Positions 35,001-50,000 of a stretch of DNA of 64,000 bases are shown in pieces. The notes below the pieces were generated by a model. It was not told the DNA's origin and did not search any database. It worked only from the letters and a program-made list of their open reading frames with translations. How positions within the stretch are numbered: position 1 is the stretch's first letter; every line of letters begins with the position of its first letter. A program made the translations under genes and the position numbers. The DNA is from Oculina patagonica (Eukaryota). Location: positions 27,094,001 through 27,158,000 of the forward strand of contig NC_135762.1 of NCBI RefSeq assembly GCF_052425735.1. Direction: 5' to 3'.

Positions 35001-38000
35001 GATTAAAAAGAGATTGAAAAGAAAAAAAAAAAACACATGAAAGTTAAGCCTTTTCGAAACCTAGTGGAAAGACACTTCACTCTTTCAGTAGCATGCATTA
35101 CTGGCGTACTTTGGACGAGCGAGAGCGGAATATTCCATCGAGTGTTTTGACATTCTCGTCCCCATAGCCCTTTCGTTTCTCTTAGCCGACTTGGCACGAG
35201 AAAACTAAGGGCTCTGGGGACACAGAATTTTTGAATTTATTCGAATTTTTTTGATTGGCTGTTCGGAACAAAGAATTCCTAAACGGAAGTCGAAAACGTA
35301 ACGACTCTCTCAAACATTCTTTTGAAACGTCATTACTGCATACATGAAGACCGGAAGTCCTAGAATCTAGGACTGGAAATCCTGTGTCCCCAGAGCCCTT
35401 CGATTCCTCTTGCCAAGGCTCAGCCGGCTAAGAGAAACGAAAGGGCTATGGGGACGAGAATGGTGTTTTGAGGGTTGGGAATAGTGGGAAAACGGAAAAC
35501 GGAATAGAAGTTAGGCCAAAAAGCGAGTTGGGGGGTGGGGCTTTTCCATTTGCGTTTTTTAATTCAAGCGCTTGTCCACCGACAATGCGATGCCTCGCTT
35601 CACCCAAGAGTAAAATGGTGAAAGACAAACTGTTACGGTTAGGGCAACAGGAGTAACTGCGGGAAGGTTTCTTGAGATGGACTAGTATCCCAGTAGAGTC
35701 TGTGGGGAGTGGTAAAACCCCTAGTTGCTACATGGTGCAGAAACCGGTGTTACATAAAGAGCTGGTCTGCTGAGCCCAGGAACACAACACAATAACCCCT
35801 TCTAGGTCGCAACTATTTCTCGTGGTAATCACTTTGTGTACCGCGATGTTAACAATATTTTGTCTTGTTTTGTTTCAGAACGGGAGCTTGTCATGGATCT
35901 TGAACGGCTAAAGTTGGCCAAGTCTGCGAAGCCCAAGAAAAGTCGAGATAAGGTAATTATGGTTTTTTACTTCTTACTTTTGCAACAACAAAAAAACGTT
36001 AATTATCCACACAAGATAAACCGGAGGAAAGCCATTTATTAATATGGTTCGTTCATTCGATCACTTTTAAATACTCCCATGAAAAAAAGCTAAGGGTACT
36101 ATAATAAAATTCCTGTAAAAAAACATTCAGTAATTTGAACTTATTTGTTTGGAAAAAACTCACTTTTGTACGACCTAACCCTATGTTGCCATTTGGCTGA
36201 GGTTTGAGAAGAATTTTTAATCTTTTTCTTGTTATATGAAAGCGCGCTTCGATACAACAGGGATTTATTGATTTTCTCTCAGTCAAATTTCACGCCTTCC
36301 AAGATAGTAAGTAGCATCTTGAAGTACAGTGGAATCCCGCTTTACGGACACCCGCTTAATACGGACACCCCGATATAACGGACAGTTTCGTTGGTCCCGA
36401 CGAAAACCTCATACAGTTTCTCTTAAATTAACCCGCTTAATACGGACACTCGTTAATACGGACAACGGACACTTTTCCGTGTCCCGAGTAACAAACTGTC
36501 ATACATTGTCAACCCTGCTTTACGGACAATGTTTATCTGTGCACTGTCAATTTTCATTGTCGCGATTATTTGGTAACTTGAAGACATTAGACCTTAGTCT
36601 GCTTGGTCAAATAGTGACAGAATTCGATGAGCTAAAACGATTTTATTACAAATAGTAGCTTAATAGCGTGACTTGCAAAGGTTTTGTCGAATCTTCAGTC
36701 CGCCTGGTTGTGTCACAAGCTAAAAGCTTCACTGCAAAGTAAAGTTACCGTCTTTTTTAAACGAGTTTAGAGTTTAAGAACGGTTACGGTCAGAGTCAGT
36801 TTAGTTACAAAGGAAACTTTATAGAAAACGTTCTGTTGCTGTTGAAATGCGTTTTATTTCTTGTATATAGTAAATTAAAGTGGCGACATTTTCAGATAAT
36901 TCCGCTGTTGAGTTTATTAAAGTTTAGTTCGAGTGTCTGACTAGATCGTAAGGTTTTCGTAGAAACTATTACTTTTAGTCAGAGAGTTCACAGTTTGCAT
37001 GTGTTACAGTTACAGTACAATTGAACAACGTTTTGATGCCGTAAAAACGTTTACTTTCCTCTTTGTGTCGATAAAACATTTATCCGTGACTTTTTCTGAG
37101 ACCTCGCTTAATACGGACACCCCGTTAATACGGACAATTTGGCCTGTCCCCTTGGTGTCCGTATTAACGGGGCTCCACTGTACTGTAAAATGAACAAAGC
37201 CCTTTCTCCTTTCAGTCTCCATCCAAGATAGAATCACTGGTGAAAACTCTGGAAAAGGAGAGAGATTATTACAAGAGTGAATGTGAAGCTCTTCAGGATA
37301 TGATGAGACGGCGACTAACAGGAGCAGAGTCACCATCAACCAAACGAAAAGGCGGCAAGGGCAAAGGAAAGGTAAACTCTCTCTGAACTAAAGAAAGGAA
37401 AAACTCTGGTACGCACTTTTTTATAAGAAGCTTTCTTGTAAGAAATGTAAAACTCAACCTTCGAATACAGACGCCTCTCTCCCCTCCCCCCCCCCCCGGC
37501 TATATTTGTACGCTACAGCTGTACTTGACGCTGAAATTGACCAGAATTTTAAGAATACGCTAAATAAAAAACATACCTTCTCGTTTCATATCGAGCTCTA
37601 AAAACAGTATTTCGCTACTCATTTTTTGACCGAAAAATTTAAAAAGAATGTAACTACCGTTGAAAATACGAAGCAAATACGCATTGAAATTGAGCCTAAG
37701 ATACTTAATAATCACATTTTTTCCATTCTATACATTTTGTCGAAGAAAAGAAAACACGCATAAAACAAATTTAAATTTGCCCAAATCATGAAAAAATAAG
37801 AACACTTTAGTATCGTCTCAGCCTCAGCTAAAAGAATAGACGTTCTGTACTTGTAAAAATTGTTTTACTCGGCGGCATCGTTTTTGTGTTTCTGCAAAGC
37901 GTCGTCTTTTTGAAAGTGACTTACAGTGCTTTGAAAAATGTATTTGTGATTTATTTGCAGGGGGTGGGTCATCTGGAAAGCATGTCGCAGCTACTACAAG

Positions 38001-41000
38001 AGGAGAGAGACTTCTATAAACGGGAATGTGAACTGCTTAGAAACATGAAGGAGAAGAGTGTTTTAATGTCACCGCCAACAAGAGAAAGGGTAATAAATGA
38101 AAACTAGTCCACACACTCTTAATTTCGTTGTTTAAATTATCGGATAACAAAGCCCTAAGACAACTCTCCTTAAAAACCTCGTGATCATCTTTATAATACT
38201 TCCGCTTTCTCTTGTTATTGAGCTTTGCTATAGGAAATAAACTTTTTAACGTGCTTTAAGTGTTGGGGTTTTCACCGTTTTTGTTGTAAAAATTTGATGA
38301 CTTAAAGTTACGAAGTTCTTTGTAACTCTACGGAAGTTTCTTACTTTCCCGCCCTTTTTGGACTCTTTTTGTGGCGCGCGGCGCCAGGTCTCCTGTGATT
38401 GGACGATTTAAAAGTAAAGTTGCCGGTCGATTGGCTGGTATTTCTACTATATTTGAATAAAATTTATTTGTTCTCTTAGGTATCACGTGACAGCCCCAGT
38501 GAAGTGAATCGTTTGAGAAGAGAAAGAGATGAACTGCAATCACTCGTGGAAAAGTTTGAAAAACATCTAACAGAGGTACATTACAGTAATTTACTCGGCC
38601 TGATACTTGTTCCCACGGGTAAAAATTGTGACATTGTTTCAAGCAATTGTCTTTGAAATGCGCCAATATTACTCCTGTTTACTTTAGATTCAGGAAAATG
38701 TAAAGACACTAACTCAGGACAGGGACAATATACAACTGCTTTACGAACAGGTTAGTAACGCGTTTGTCGAAGTCTCCATTTTTTGCGAGTGCAGTCTAAG
38801 CAACGCGGATTCTCAAAAAGGATCCGGGAGGAGAATGAATATGTTGCGGGGGATTGGCGAGAGTGTGTGAATGGTCTTTTCTTTGTTCCCAGGCTACGGA
38901 CGAAATCCAGAGATTACGACGCCAGGTGTCTCAAGCCCGGTCCCCTTCACCGTCGCGTGCAGCCTCGGCGGTTTTAACACGAGTGGAGTCTGAGAGAGAC
39001 GAGGCCTTGGCGGACCTTCGAAGAGCTAACAACCAGCTTGACAACTTGGAGGACAAAATGAAGGTTCGTGGAGGAAAATATTGACACGAAAAATAAAACT
39101 GAAAGACAGTAAATCATACCCAGTACAGATACAGTGGAACCTCGCCAAAGTTACAGTAAAATATACGAAACATCACCTCGATATAACGAAATCCTCGTTT
39201 TAACGAAAAAAAAAAAACTGGAAGCCCAACACGTGACAAAAGATGAATGTAGAACAGACCAACAAGGTTGAAAATACTAAAATTAGAAATTAGACATTAA
39301 AGCCAAATGTAATTTTTGACAATCGTTCATATCATTATATGCTGGATAGTGCAACGTAACAGTTTGAAAAACAATTATTAACTATACCTCCATATAACGA
39401 ATATTTTGGTTGTTTTTTCCGCAAATTCGTTATATCGAGGTTTTCGATATAACGAACAAATTTCCCCAGTCCCTTGGCACTTTTTTAAATCGAGGTTTCT
39501 CTGAACTAAACTTTACCTAATGTCACTTTTTCTAGGCTTCGAAGGAAAGCAGTCTTCAAGAGAGACGGCGATATGAAGACAAAGTAGAGCGATTAGAGGC
39601 TATGCTTGAAAAGGTAACGAATTATATTAAAATAACACGGTTTTGTTCTAATCAACCACCAAACTTGCTGTTTTTCAGCCAATCACAATAAAATATTTAA
39701 TCTAGAGCGGTTTTCAATTGAGTGCTGAAAGAAATACGGAATTGCTTTGGTTTTGTGTTACCACGCTCTGTGATTGGTTTAAAAAACTCGCGCAACCTAG
39801 TATTCAACCAATGAGATGAAAAACCAAAAACAATGGCGACTTGGTAACACGCGTCTTCCCGCGCTTGGCGCCGGTCACGTGTATTTGCATCGTAATTCAT
39901 TGGGCATTGCGATTCCTTTGGTTTTGGTTTTACCGCACTGAAATGAAAACTGCTCTATCTGCTGATGAATTCTCAGCTACACAAGTGAGCAGTATAGAGT
40001 ATACAGTACATACAGTATAGAGTTCTTTTTCAAACAAATTGAACTATAAAAAGTCATTTCTTTCAACCAAATCAAGCTTCGTCTTAGCCTGTTCCAGGCA
40101 TTCAGTTAGTCCTCTCCTATTTTTCCACTCGCTGGTCTTCGCGCTAATCCTGTTTTTCGCGCTGCTCTCCAACTTGAGCCGAATTGAGTCTTAGGTAATT
40201 TCAAGTGCTGGAAAATAACCCAGGAACTTCCTTCAGATCGTTAGCCCCAGAAAAGAAATCGGGGACCACACGAGGCAAAGAAAAGTTCTTTGACGACGGT
40301 GAGATTTTCTTTCTTCGCCAGACGCTCAGTGGGAAATTCCTGCGTTATCTTAAGGTGGCTTAATACAGTTTTGAGAGGGCAAATCAGTGCAATCTTCAAC
40401 TCTCTTGTACAATCTCCAGAAAAGTTTTTTCTTTCTCTTATCACTATTTGTTACATCCTAAAACCATCTAATGCGATATTTGGAAAATAAAAATGCTAAT
40501 AAACAGCTTTAATGGACGGCCGAGTGCTTGAGAGGGGACTGGCACTAGTAGTTTAAACGGCGTTTTTCTCAAAATCTACCCGTACGACCCTACCTCAAAA
40601 TTTCAGAAATAAGAAATTGGCTTTGAATTATCATTCATGCAAAATAATATAAAAATTTGTAAGACAGATTTTTCGCAAAATAGGAAACTGTGATATTTTG
40701 CCGATTTTTAAAATAGCTCAAAATCTGTCTGACAGATTTTTTGAAACTTTTGGCTAAAAAGCAAGGTATTTATACAGACTAACAGGCGTCATTCCACATC
40801 AGGTCGAGGCAGACAGAAACGAGCTACACACCCGAGTGACGTCACTGAGGAACATGGTGTCCAATCTCGAGGACAATTTGAAACAAACTACAGCCCAGCT
40901 CTCCATGGCGAAGGACTCGGCCTTGGAACTTGATGCCGAGGTTAACAAAGTACAGCTAACCGCTGACCAGGCTAACCGCACGGCGGAGGACATGGAAAGG

Positions 41001-44000
41001 AGGCTGAATCGAAGGGCAGGAGAACTACAAGCGTCGGAAGAAAAATGCGCGCAACTGGAGCGAAAAATAGGTAAGCAACAATATAACTGCAAAGAGGAGT
41101 AGTATCTAAAGTAGACTGCAAAGCAGTTGTAATTTTGGCGAACGCGCTCGGTTTTCCAACGAGAGGTGCGAGACGATCGGCGCTTCGCGCTATCGATACG
41201 CGATTGTTTAACGATTTTAGAGAAAAAAAAAACGACTGTTTTGCAGTCTAAATTGCGCCGTGTTTCCACTCCTAAACTTGTTACGCTCTATTTAGCAGAA
41301 GAAAGATCTTGTTCTACTTTCGCATTACGCGCAACAATTTTAACGTGTGTCCACTATCGGCATCACTGCGCGCAATGGTGTGGCACAACTATCAAGCAAG
41401 TGCTTCCTTCTTGCTATCCAATGTCTTTCCCAATGAAACACGACGATTTGCTTCTTTTTTCGAATTCGTTACGGAATTACGTCTTTTTACGCCTTGCTCT
41501 TCTCCGAGGCATGACAAGTCACTTCTAAAATACGTTTTATGTTTAATCAGGAATTTCCTTGGGTTACCATCTTGGGGATAAGAAGTACATGTAGGTGTTT
41601 TGGAAACGAATTTAATTAATTTTCATTACAGTAACGAGTGTTGTAGATTGAAACAGTTGACCATTCGAGCGTTCGCGGTGCCTCAGAAAAAAGGAATTTG
41701 TTTTGACGTGCGACTCAGTTATGAAACAGAAATGGAAAAGAGACTTGCATACAAACAATATCGAAAGGATAAAAAACTAATATTTTGAAGTATAAAGGGA
41801 CTATAATGACCTTTATCGTCATATTTGTTTGCTGTTGTAGAGGAAATCGAGAAGAGGAATGCAGAACAAAGTTTTGAGACAGCCGAGATACGAGCAACAC
41901 TGAAATCCCTGGACCGCGAGCGAGATGAGTTACAGCAACAGGTTGACGAGAAAACAGAGGAAATCATGAACCTTGAGGCTAAGAAAATACACTCGGTATG
42001 TTTTATTCCAATGAGAACAATTTTCATTCGTTTTGTATATAGTCATGGGATAACGTCATTTCACGTATCGCGCTCGTTTATCTCAAATCACACTTGACGC
42101 ATACCAACTCTTATTTCACGCGCACATTTTTGCGCAAATCACACTGTACTTACCTTCTTTTGCGTGCATTTGCGCATATCACGCGATACGCACAACAACT
42201 GAACTTTACCTTCTTCCTCGCATCACGCGCACATTTTTTGCATAAACCATGCGTCACGTACACGCATTCGAACTCTTCACTTTGTTTCTTGCATCACGCG
42301 CACATTTTCACACAAATCACGCGACGAGCATAATAACACTACTTTCTTTCAAGTATCACGCGCGCATTTTGCACAAATCACGTGACACGTACACGCATAA
42401 GAACTTTTTACTTTCTATCTTGTCACGCACTCATTTTTGGCCAATTGAAATCGCAACCTCTTGCACTCAGGTTTACACGTAACACATTCCCTACAGATTG
42501 TTTCTCGCATGACAACTGCACTTAGTTTCTTTCAGACATCATACACGAGTTCTTTTAAATTGCCCAAATCACGCATCACTCGTAACATGCATACGATTTG
42601 GTACAAATTTCCCGGTTATGATTTTTCAGGATTAAATCATTTTCACATTGAATCTGTTAGTTAGTTCTTTATGTTAGTTTTAAATGTTAGGCTTGAAAAT
42701 AAAACAGTATATACATATATGTGGGTAATGTATGAGAGGGAGAGGTTTTTGTTTTGTGTGTTTTAATGAAACTTTTTTTAATTTTTCTGAGAAAATTAAT
42801 CAATTTGCGCGTACTTATTAGAAATGACTTCAATTTTCGCACATGTTTGTCACGAATATACCCGGGAGTCGTTAAACACTTATAAAGCCCATTAAATATA
42901 AGAAACTCTGACTCCAATTAATTACAAAAAGATATATAATACGATTTAACAAGAACTACGGTTTCAATTAGCGTTAAACTACATCGCCGCGGATTACAAA
43001 ACACAATCGACTGCCAACCTGTGTCGTTTTGTGGCTTACCGTATTTCCATCACAAATATGGCGGGCGTTTTTCGGCGACAACAGTGAAAAAGATATGTAT
43101 ATTTTGTAGCTCCTTGTCTGTAACACGGCAAACAACTTGTTTGCAAAAGAAGCCCAACAATAGAGTTTTGGAAATGAGGCGTTCGTTTTGTTTACTTTAT
43201 CATTAAACAACGCCGTGTTGTTAATTGAACAATTTCACAGGTGCTTCCGTAGTAACAAGAATTTTCCATGTTGTTGTGTTCATTTTGTGAATTTCGCGGT
43301 GAAAGGAGACTTCACGGTCGAAGGAAAACATTACTTGCTAGGTTAAGTTTTCAATTTTGATATTTTTTGGTATATTGCCATTTTTTTGGTCGAAAATAAT
43401 TTCCTAACGACGCTTTCGTTCGCGAAGCAAACCCTGTTGAAGTCGCTCGAGTTCACCGGCGTTACACAAGACACGAGTTTTTGGAGATTCCTTTGTTCTG
43501 TATAAGGCGTGCAATGGCCTGGTTAGCGGCTCTACACTCGTTAAATTACCTTAAAACATTTGTTGAAGGCGATGAGGTAAGGTTAATTTACAACTATGTT
43601 CATCATTCCTTTGCATGATTTAAATCCGTGACACGAAGGATTTATTTTAGTGCATTCTAGTCGCTTCAAAACGCGTACGACAAATTACACCTTACTTCTT
43701 GTGCGTGGCCAATTAAATTATTAAATTCTATATTTGTCGTCATGCGGGCTATTTTGTTTCCAAATCATGCGAAGAAGTAATCTAAACGTCAGCATTTCGT
43801 GGCATTACAGTTCATGTGCTTGTGGACCAGAATTTGTTGTTCGTAAAATGTGCTTGTTATTTAGGGATGTAGTGAAGTTTGTTGCTTGATATCACAGTTT
43901 CACTTTACTTGAAATTTGCTGTAAGTATATGGAAAACAAAACAATCGGGGCCATTTGGATCAAAACAAATGTTCGCTCAATGTTCGGAGGATTTATCACT

Positions 44001-46930
44001 GTCAAAGATATTCGTGTAACAAATCTTATTCTGAGAGAGTTTTTTATCAGGAAGTTTCTCAGATGTTTTTAGCCTTTTACCCTTAGAGAAGTAGAAACAA
44101 TAATTTTTTTTCCTGCGCATAAATCACTGGCCCTCCGCTGAAAAAAAAGAAAGACTCGTAGTGAAAAATTTATTTAAGAATTTGTAAACTGAAAGCGAGT
44201 AAATGAAACCAGTGCAAGTTAAAATCTGTGATCTAAAGAAGTTTTTTTGCCTCAATTCACCATTTCCATATTTATCTTTAAGGAAAAAGCAGAAAGCGAG
44301 CTGAAGATGAACATGGAAGATATTGAGGCCCAGTTAAGGTAACCGTAGCTACGTCTTTGTTTTTAATAAAATGTCCCTGTCAGCCGAGCCAAAAATTGGC
44401 CCTACCAATTTCACGCATGCTCTGTATGTTCAGATTTGTCCCTGGTGGTGATCTCGTCCGCAGAGCCCGCGATCCTTCTGGTCTGCGCCAGGGATCGAGA
44501 CCTCTGGGCTAATTAGGGACCTTAAGATACGAGGACGGGAAGGCCAGGACGGCAACGGCAAGGGACGCGGGAAACTCACGCGGGTCCCGTCATGTCGCCA
44601 AAGACAAAATGCTTAAGATGTGTATTTTCGTATAGGACGGCGACGTCAATAACTTGAGCTTTATAAAAGCACTTAACAAAACTAATCCTTTCGATTTGGT
44701 AGAAATCATTTCCTATCAAACTTAATCGATTATCAACGGAAGACGCTGAATTTGTTCTTCTTGACTTATATAAGCAAACATCTAAGTATTTAATGAAGGA
44801 TTCAACACTGTTTCCGTATGACTAAACTAACACGAAAACACTGCACGAAACGATCTGGCCTGGTTCAGATGAATGACCTAGAAAAAAGGGTACAATCCCA
44901 TTCTCAAAGAGCCAGAACGTCAAAAATCCTGTCGCGAATCCTAACTTCGTGCAAATGTTGCATTTCTATCTGTAATTGTATTTAATAAGAATTTGTAATA
45001 AACAAACATAACATCAAGTTCCGGCCGGGTATTGTAATAACACTGAATAACACAACTAAAGATCGATTTATTTATGTACATTTATTATATTTGCTCGATA
45101 GATGCTTTCAGTGCACTCGTTCATACATAATTTTCTCAACTGTACTTACACTGATTTATTTTCTTTGCATGTTTCCTTTTCCGCTTGAACACTCGTGATA
45201 CCGGCGTGATAGCGACTGAAACTCAAACGAACAGACGAAGAATATTTTCACATTTTGTCGAAATTCAACGTATTTCTACGCTACAATCACGAAAAATGCG
45301 AACTTAACAAACAGTCTCGTCAGTATAACCGAAAATAACGTCGATTATAACATTTGCCAAGCCAAAACAAGCGTAAATACTCACGTTCTCGGCACGACGG
45401 CAAATCGGGTGAAATGCCGTCCTCGACGAGACGAGGACGGCATGGAGATGAGTCGAGAGTTCTCGTGCGCATGCCTGGTTGTCTAAATTTACTTCCGGTA
45501 GCCGTCCTAGCTCCTCCCGTCCTGGTATCTTAAGGTCCCTAATCTGAAAGCCCGCCACAAAGGCGACCGAATCTGATTGGCTGTCGAAAACTTGTTCGTT
45601 TTACCACAATCTCCGGATCAAACCGGAACCAGGAAGTTTTGGATTAGCCCAGAGAAGGGGGGACGCCGGCTCTGGGAACGAGATTGCCCTGGTAGGCGAG
45701 TCAAAAGAGCCAAAGTGTTTACATGGAACAAAGTTGGCGCGCGCCACAGGGTCACCCTTCCTTCAAAGCGTGTGACCCTCCACCCAGGGTCACCCTGCCC
45801 TCGAGCCGCTTTTGCGATTTTTTATGTTAACGGTTCGTAGATATTTATAAAGAAATGTATGAAAAGCTCTCTCGCCCGGGGTGGATCGGTATGGAGGGTA
45901 AGCCTCCTACCAAAGACAACCTTTCTCCATTTTAACAGGCCCTTGCTAAAGTCAAGTCAGGCAAACTGAAAGTAGGCGTAAAGCAAACAGATGAAGTGAC
46001 GAGGAGTATTTTCTAGGCCCCCTGGATGGGATGCTAGGCATTTAATTTATCGGCGATCTTTGCTGATGCCATTGTTTACATTTTGCCTCATTAGCGTACA
46101 ACTTTACGTAGAGAAGGCATTAGGCCATATACAAAGTGACAACAGATATTTAAAGAGCTTGTAAAAGTTAATTATCGGCGAAATGTTTAGCTCTTTGTGA
46201 GCAATATTCAAGGAGATATGTGTTCAAAAACTGCAAAATTTCTGGGTGACAAAAGCGCTAATGAGCCCATACAATCTTTGTAAAATATCACGTTTTCAAA
46301 CCTGCGTCACAGAAAAAGTATTTAATATATCGGGCCTAAATTTAAAGCAAAAGTTAATCGTACCGTGTACTTTCAATATTTAGAAATGATATTTTTGTAG
46401 CTTGATCAGAAAGTGAAGCGCTTATTTTAATAAGGCAAATATTGTAAACAAAGATTCCCCTTTTTTCCGGGGTGGAGAGAGCTCCTGTGGGAGTAAAGTA
46501 CCTTGCTCCCAAACCCGGACTAGCCGATCCGAGTCCCGCGCACTAATTAGGCCACCGCGCCTCCCCAAAAGATAGGTATGATGAACCCAAAAATAATTGA
46601 CCAAAAATATGTGTATTTCTTGCCGACAGCCACGCGATAGAACAGGGTGGCCTGAAGGACAGAGAAATAAAGAGTCTACGCAGGCAGCTAGATTCCAGAG
46701 ACGACGAGTTGGCTGAGATGACGAGAGGCAGAGAGGTGGCTTTGAAAGAAAACAGGCGACTACAAACAGATCTAAACACCATGACAGAAGAACATCAGGT
46801 AAAAGAGAAAGTCGTCCTCATTCTGCAAACTACAGAAAAAAAATGTCACTTAAGTTATCTCCTATAAACACAGAAGTTAATTAAAATAAAAATGTAAAAA
46901 TAATTGAATAACTTTGTATAGAAAAATGTT

Positions 46931-46972
<42 letters not shown>

Positions 46973-46973
46973 T

Positions 46974-47008
<35 letters not shown>

Positions 47009-50000
47009 TATATATATTGTTTCTTCACAGTTAATCGAAGACTGAATTACTGAACACAGGTTTGTTTCCCAGTCGTGAAAAAAAAAGCAAAATTGGTGGC
47101 GATGAGCTTACACTTACAAGAACATTAAAAACAGTTGCTTATGGTACAGAAAATTATTTCTATCTAGTAACGAATACAGAATCAATAACGAGCAAGATGC
47201 ACTAACCATGTGTATTGAATTGGATTGTTCACTGCTCAAAATAACTTATCCCACATTTTTTCAGGCGATTCACCAACAGCTTCAGGAAGCTCTGGAAGAA
47301 CAAGAGAGTCTGAAGATACAAATATCTGAGTACGCCAGACAGGTGGCTCGAGTAGAGGAACTTCTAGCTCAAAAGGTCAGTTCACTTCGATACACGGTTT
47401 AATTTACTGCAAAGTTTGTTGCAACAATGTCGAGAATCAAAAGCTGTCTTGTGTAACATGGATTAAATGCCGCTGCCGGTTGTAGCATGATGTGTTAGAT
47501 GGCATGGCATGGCGCTGTACGCAGCAAGGTCACGCATCTTGCAAAGTCTAGCGTGTGAGGTTTTCAAGTTCCGTCATTCGTAATCTGTCCCAGTCTTCTC
47601 CAGCTTCATCCATCCCTGTTTTCCAATCATTAAGGTGTCTTTGTCGTTTTTCTTCTTAACTAAACAATTATTTGTAGGTTTCTTTCAATTTCAAAGTGAT
47701 TTTGTGCATCGCAAAAACGACTCAGTATGTCATGGCGTATCGGGACGTCCCTCCTCAGAGTCGTGAAGTCCTTTCTTGTCAGCTCATTAGTGGTGTTTTT
47801 ATGCCGCTTATATACCCAAGTAATTAGGTCATCCAAAAGCCCCGAGGAAGTTATTTAAGCCCAGGACTTATAACCGGCATTTTACGATCATAGCTTCTTC
47901 AAGAGTGGTAGCGCTATTTAAATCATTATCAATCGCCTTTGCGTCTTGGAAAGTGGTATCGTACAAGCTTTATGGGCATCCCCCCCCCCCTTTCAGATCT
48001 TCATACCTTTAAAAATTAAAATGAGTTCCTTCTTTACTTCTTCTGTAAAATGGATTTCTTCTTTTGCTCTAAGACTAGTAAGCTAAAAATTTTGTATGGG
48101 CCTTCCCTTCTCAGGAGCAGGAAAAAGAAGAGTTATTGGAGCAGTACCGTTTGTTGTCGGGTGAAACAGAGCGGCTTGTGTCTGAGACCAAGGCATCTGC
48201 AGGAAAGGTTACCAATTATCACATGGAATTAGTACAAAAACAACGAGCAGAGATGGAGCTGGGCGATAAAATTAGAAGACTTGAAAGCGAAATTCAACAG
48301 GTAAATCAGACTGAACTGATTTATTTTACGTTACCGAATCATACTTGCTACGCGAACGTTTGTTTGACATGCAATGGTGGAATCATCAAGCAGCAATCTG
48401 TTTTTTATTTTGTTATTAATATAATCAATATAAATAAACTGAAATGAAATAATGGTTTTGTTAAATACGTCAATTTATTAATCACATAGAAGGCCATTCT
48501 AATAAAGAAAGTGAAAGTTTACAAGGAATCTTACTTTGTATTTCGGAGATTTTTAAGACATTTTACCTATTTACAGTACTAGTCGGGAAGTTTGAAAAGG
48601 GCGTGGTTGTAAAAATATTTGATAATCCAAAAGCTGCTCTTTAACAGTTTTAAAATAACTTAACATAACTAACATGCTAACCTTATTTTAAAGAAATAAA
48701 TATAAATTTTTTCAATAAGCGAGTATTATTAGAAGCGCAGGTTGTTCATTAAGACCTAACATACATTTTAATTTAATTTTGTTTTGTTTTATAAATCTTT
48801 CTTCAGGTTAGAATTTCACTTATGAATAAAAGGCAACAGATGAGAAGAGATGTAATACATCCACACATATCATCTGCAGGATTTTTTGAATAACACGAGA
48901 AAATAGGCTTTATTTTATCTAACTTTTTTTAAACAATGTTCAACAACTAAGTTTGTAAAATTTTATAAACTTGTTGTAAAGTTATAATTTACTTTGTTAA
49001 TATATGATTTACAACCGTTGATCTAAAATGATCTAAAAGTTTTAATTAAAAGTAACATGCATGAACTACCTTAATTTTTCAAGGACAAAATAACAGTTTT
49101 AATTTATTTGCTAAAAATCGTACATTCAATTTGAGACAGAAATACTCTGGTAACGTATCACGAAATAGCTTAAGTTATTTATTTTTCTTGCTTTAATGGC
49201 ATAAACTAAAACCACAATCGAGTGATGGTAAAAACGTTTCTTTAAGAACGCTTACAATTAAATGTCTCCTGTCTTAAATACTATCAAATCTTTGTTATTA
49301 AAGCAAACGATTGTATTCCAGTTTTATTTTTAAAAGAATGCCTGGACAAAATCTTCCTCAAACTCCTCCAATAAAGCAACTATTGCTTAACTTTGCTTTT
49401 TCGTCAATACATATTTCATAATATTTATCTTTAGGGTAATCTTTTAGTTTATTGTTTGCACGTTTAAATGCGTGATATTGATTTTATAAACAGCTATTAC
49501 TACTTAGTTCCTCCTCTCCAAGTGAGGAGTAAAACCATTAAAACTTTGTCTTCGAGTCAGCTAAACTAAACCGTATCATTGATTTAAATCGTTCTTCACT
49601 TTGAAGTAAAAAACGAATAACTTAATTTCATATCATTTGTTTTCATTTTACTTGGAAAAGAAAAAAGATAGCATTAATTACAAAAACATTACAAACATCC
49701 TAACATTATCAAACATAACGTTTTATGCTAGCTAGCTTATGCTTCGTAGACTGGTTTATAAACTAAGGGAATTTAGAAGATGTATTATATAAAATAATTT
49801 TGGGTGAAGTAGCATCAGTACTTTGTGTTAACAACTTCAAATAAAAACAGTTTACATTAAAAAAAATCGATAATCATTTAATTTTTATTTATTTTTAAAT
49901 TAATTTCCATCTAACATTTTTTTAAAAAAAAAATGTTTTCATGTATTTTGTAAGTCGTAATTTCCATTCATGTTTAGACATTATCACAAATGGCAAACTG

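Noticed and set aside
40799-42027. Minus-strand ORFs of 156 and 102 aa (and similar antisense ORFs over other exons)
   Set aside because: They are antisense shadows of CEP135 coiled-coil exons with no independent motifs.
46932-47006. ~75-nt poly-T run, and poly-A/poly-T blocks at 60481-60575
   Set aside because: No attached retrocopy body or TSD is visible; low-complexity sequence or a sequencing artefact is more likely.
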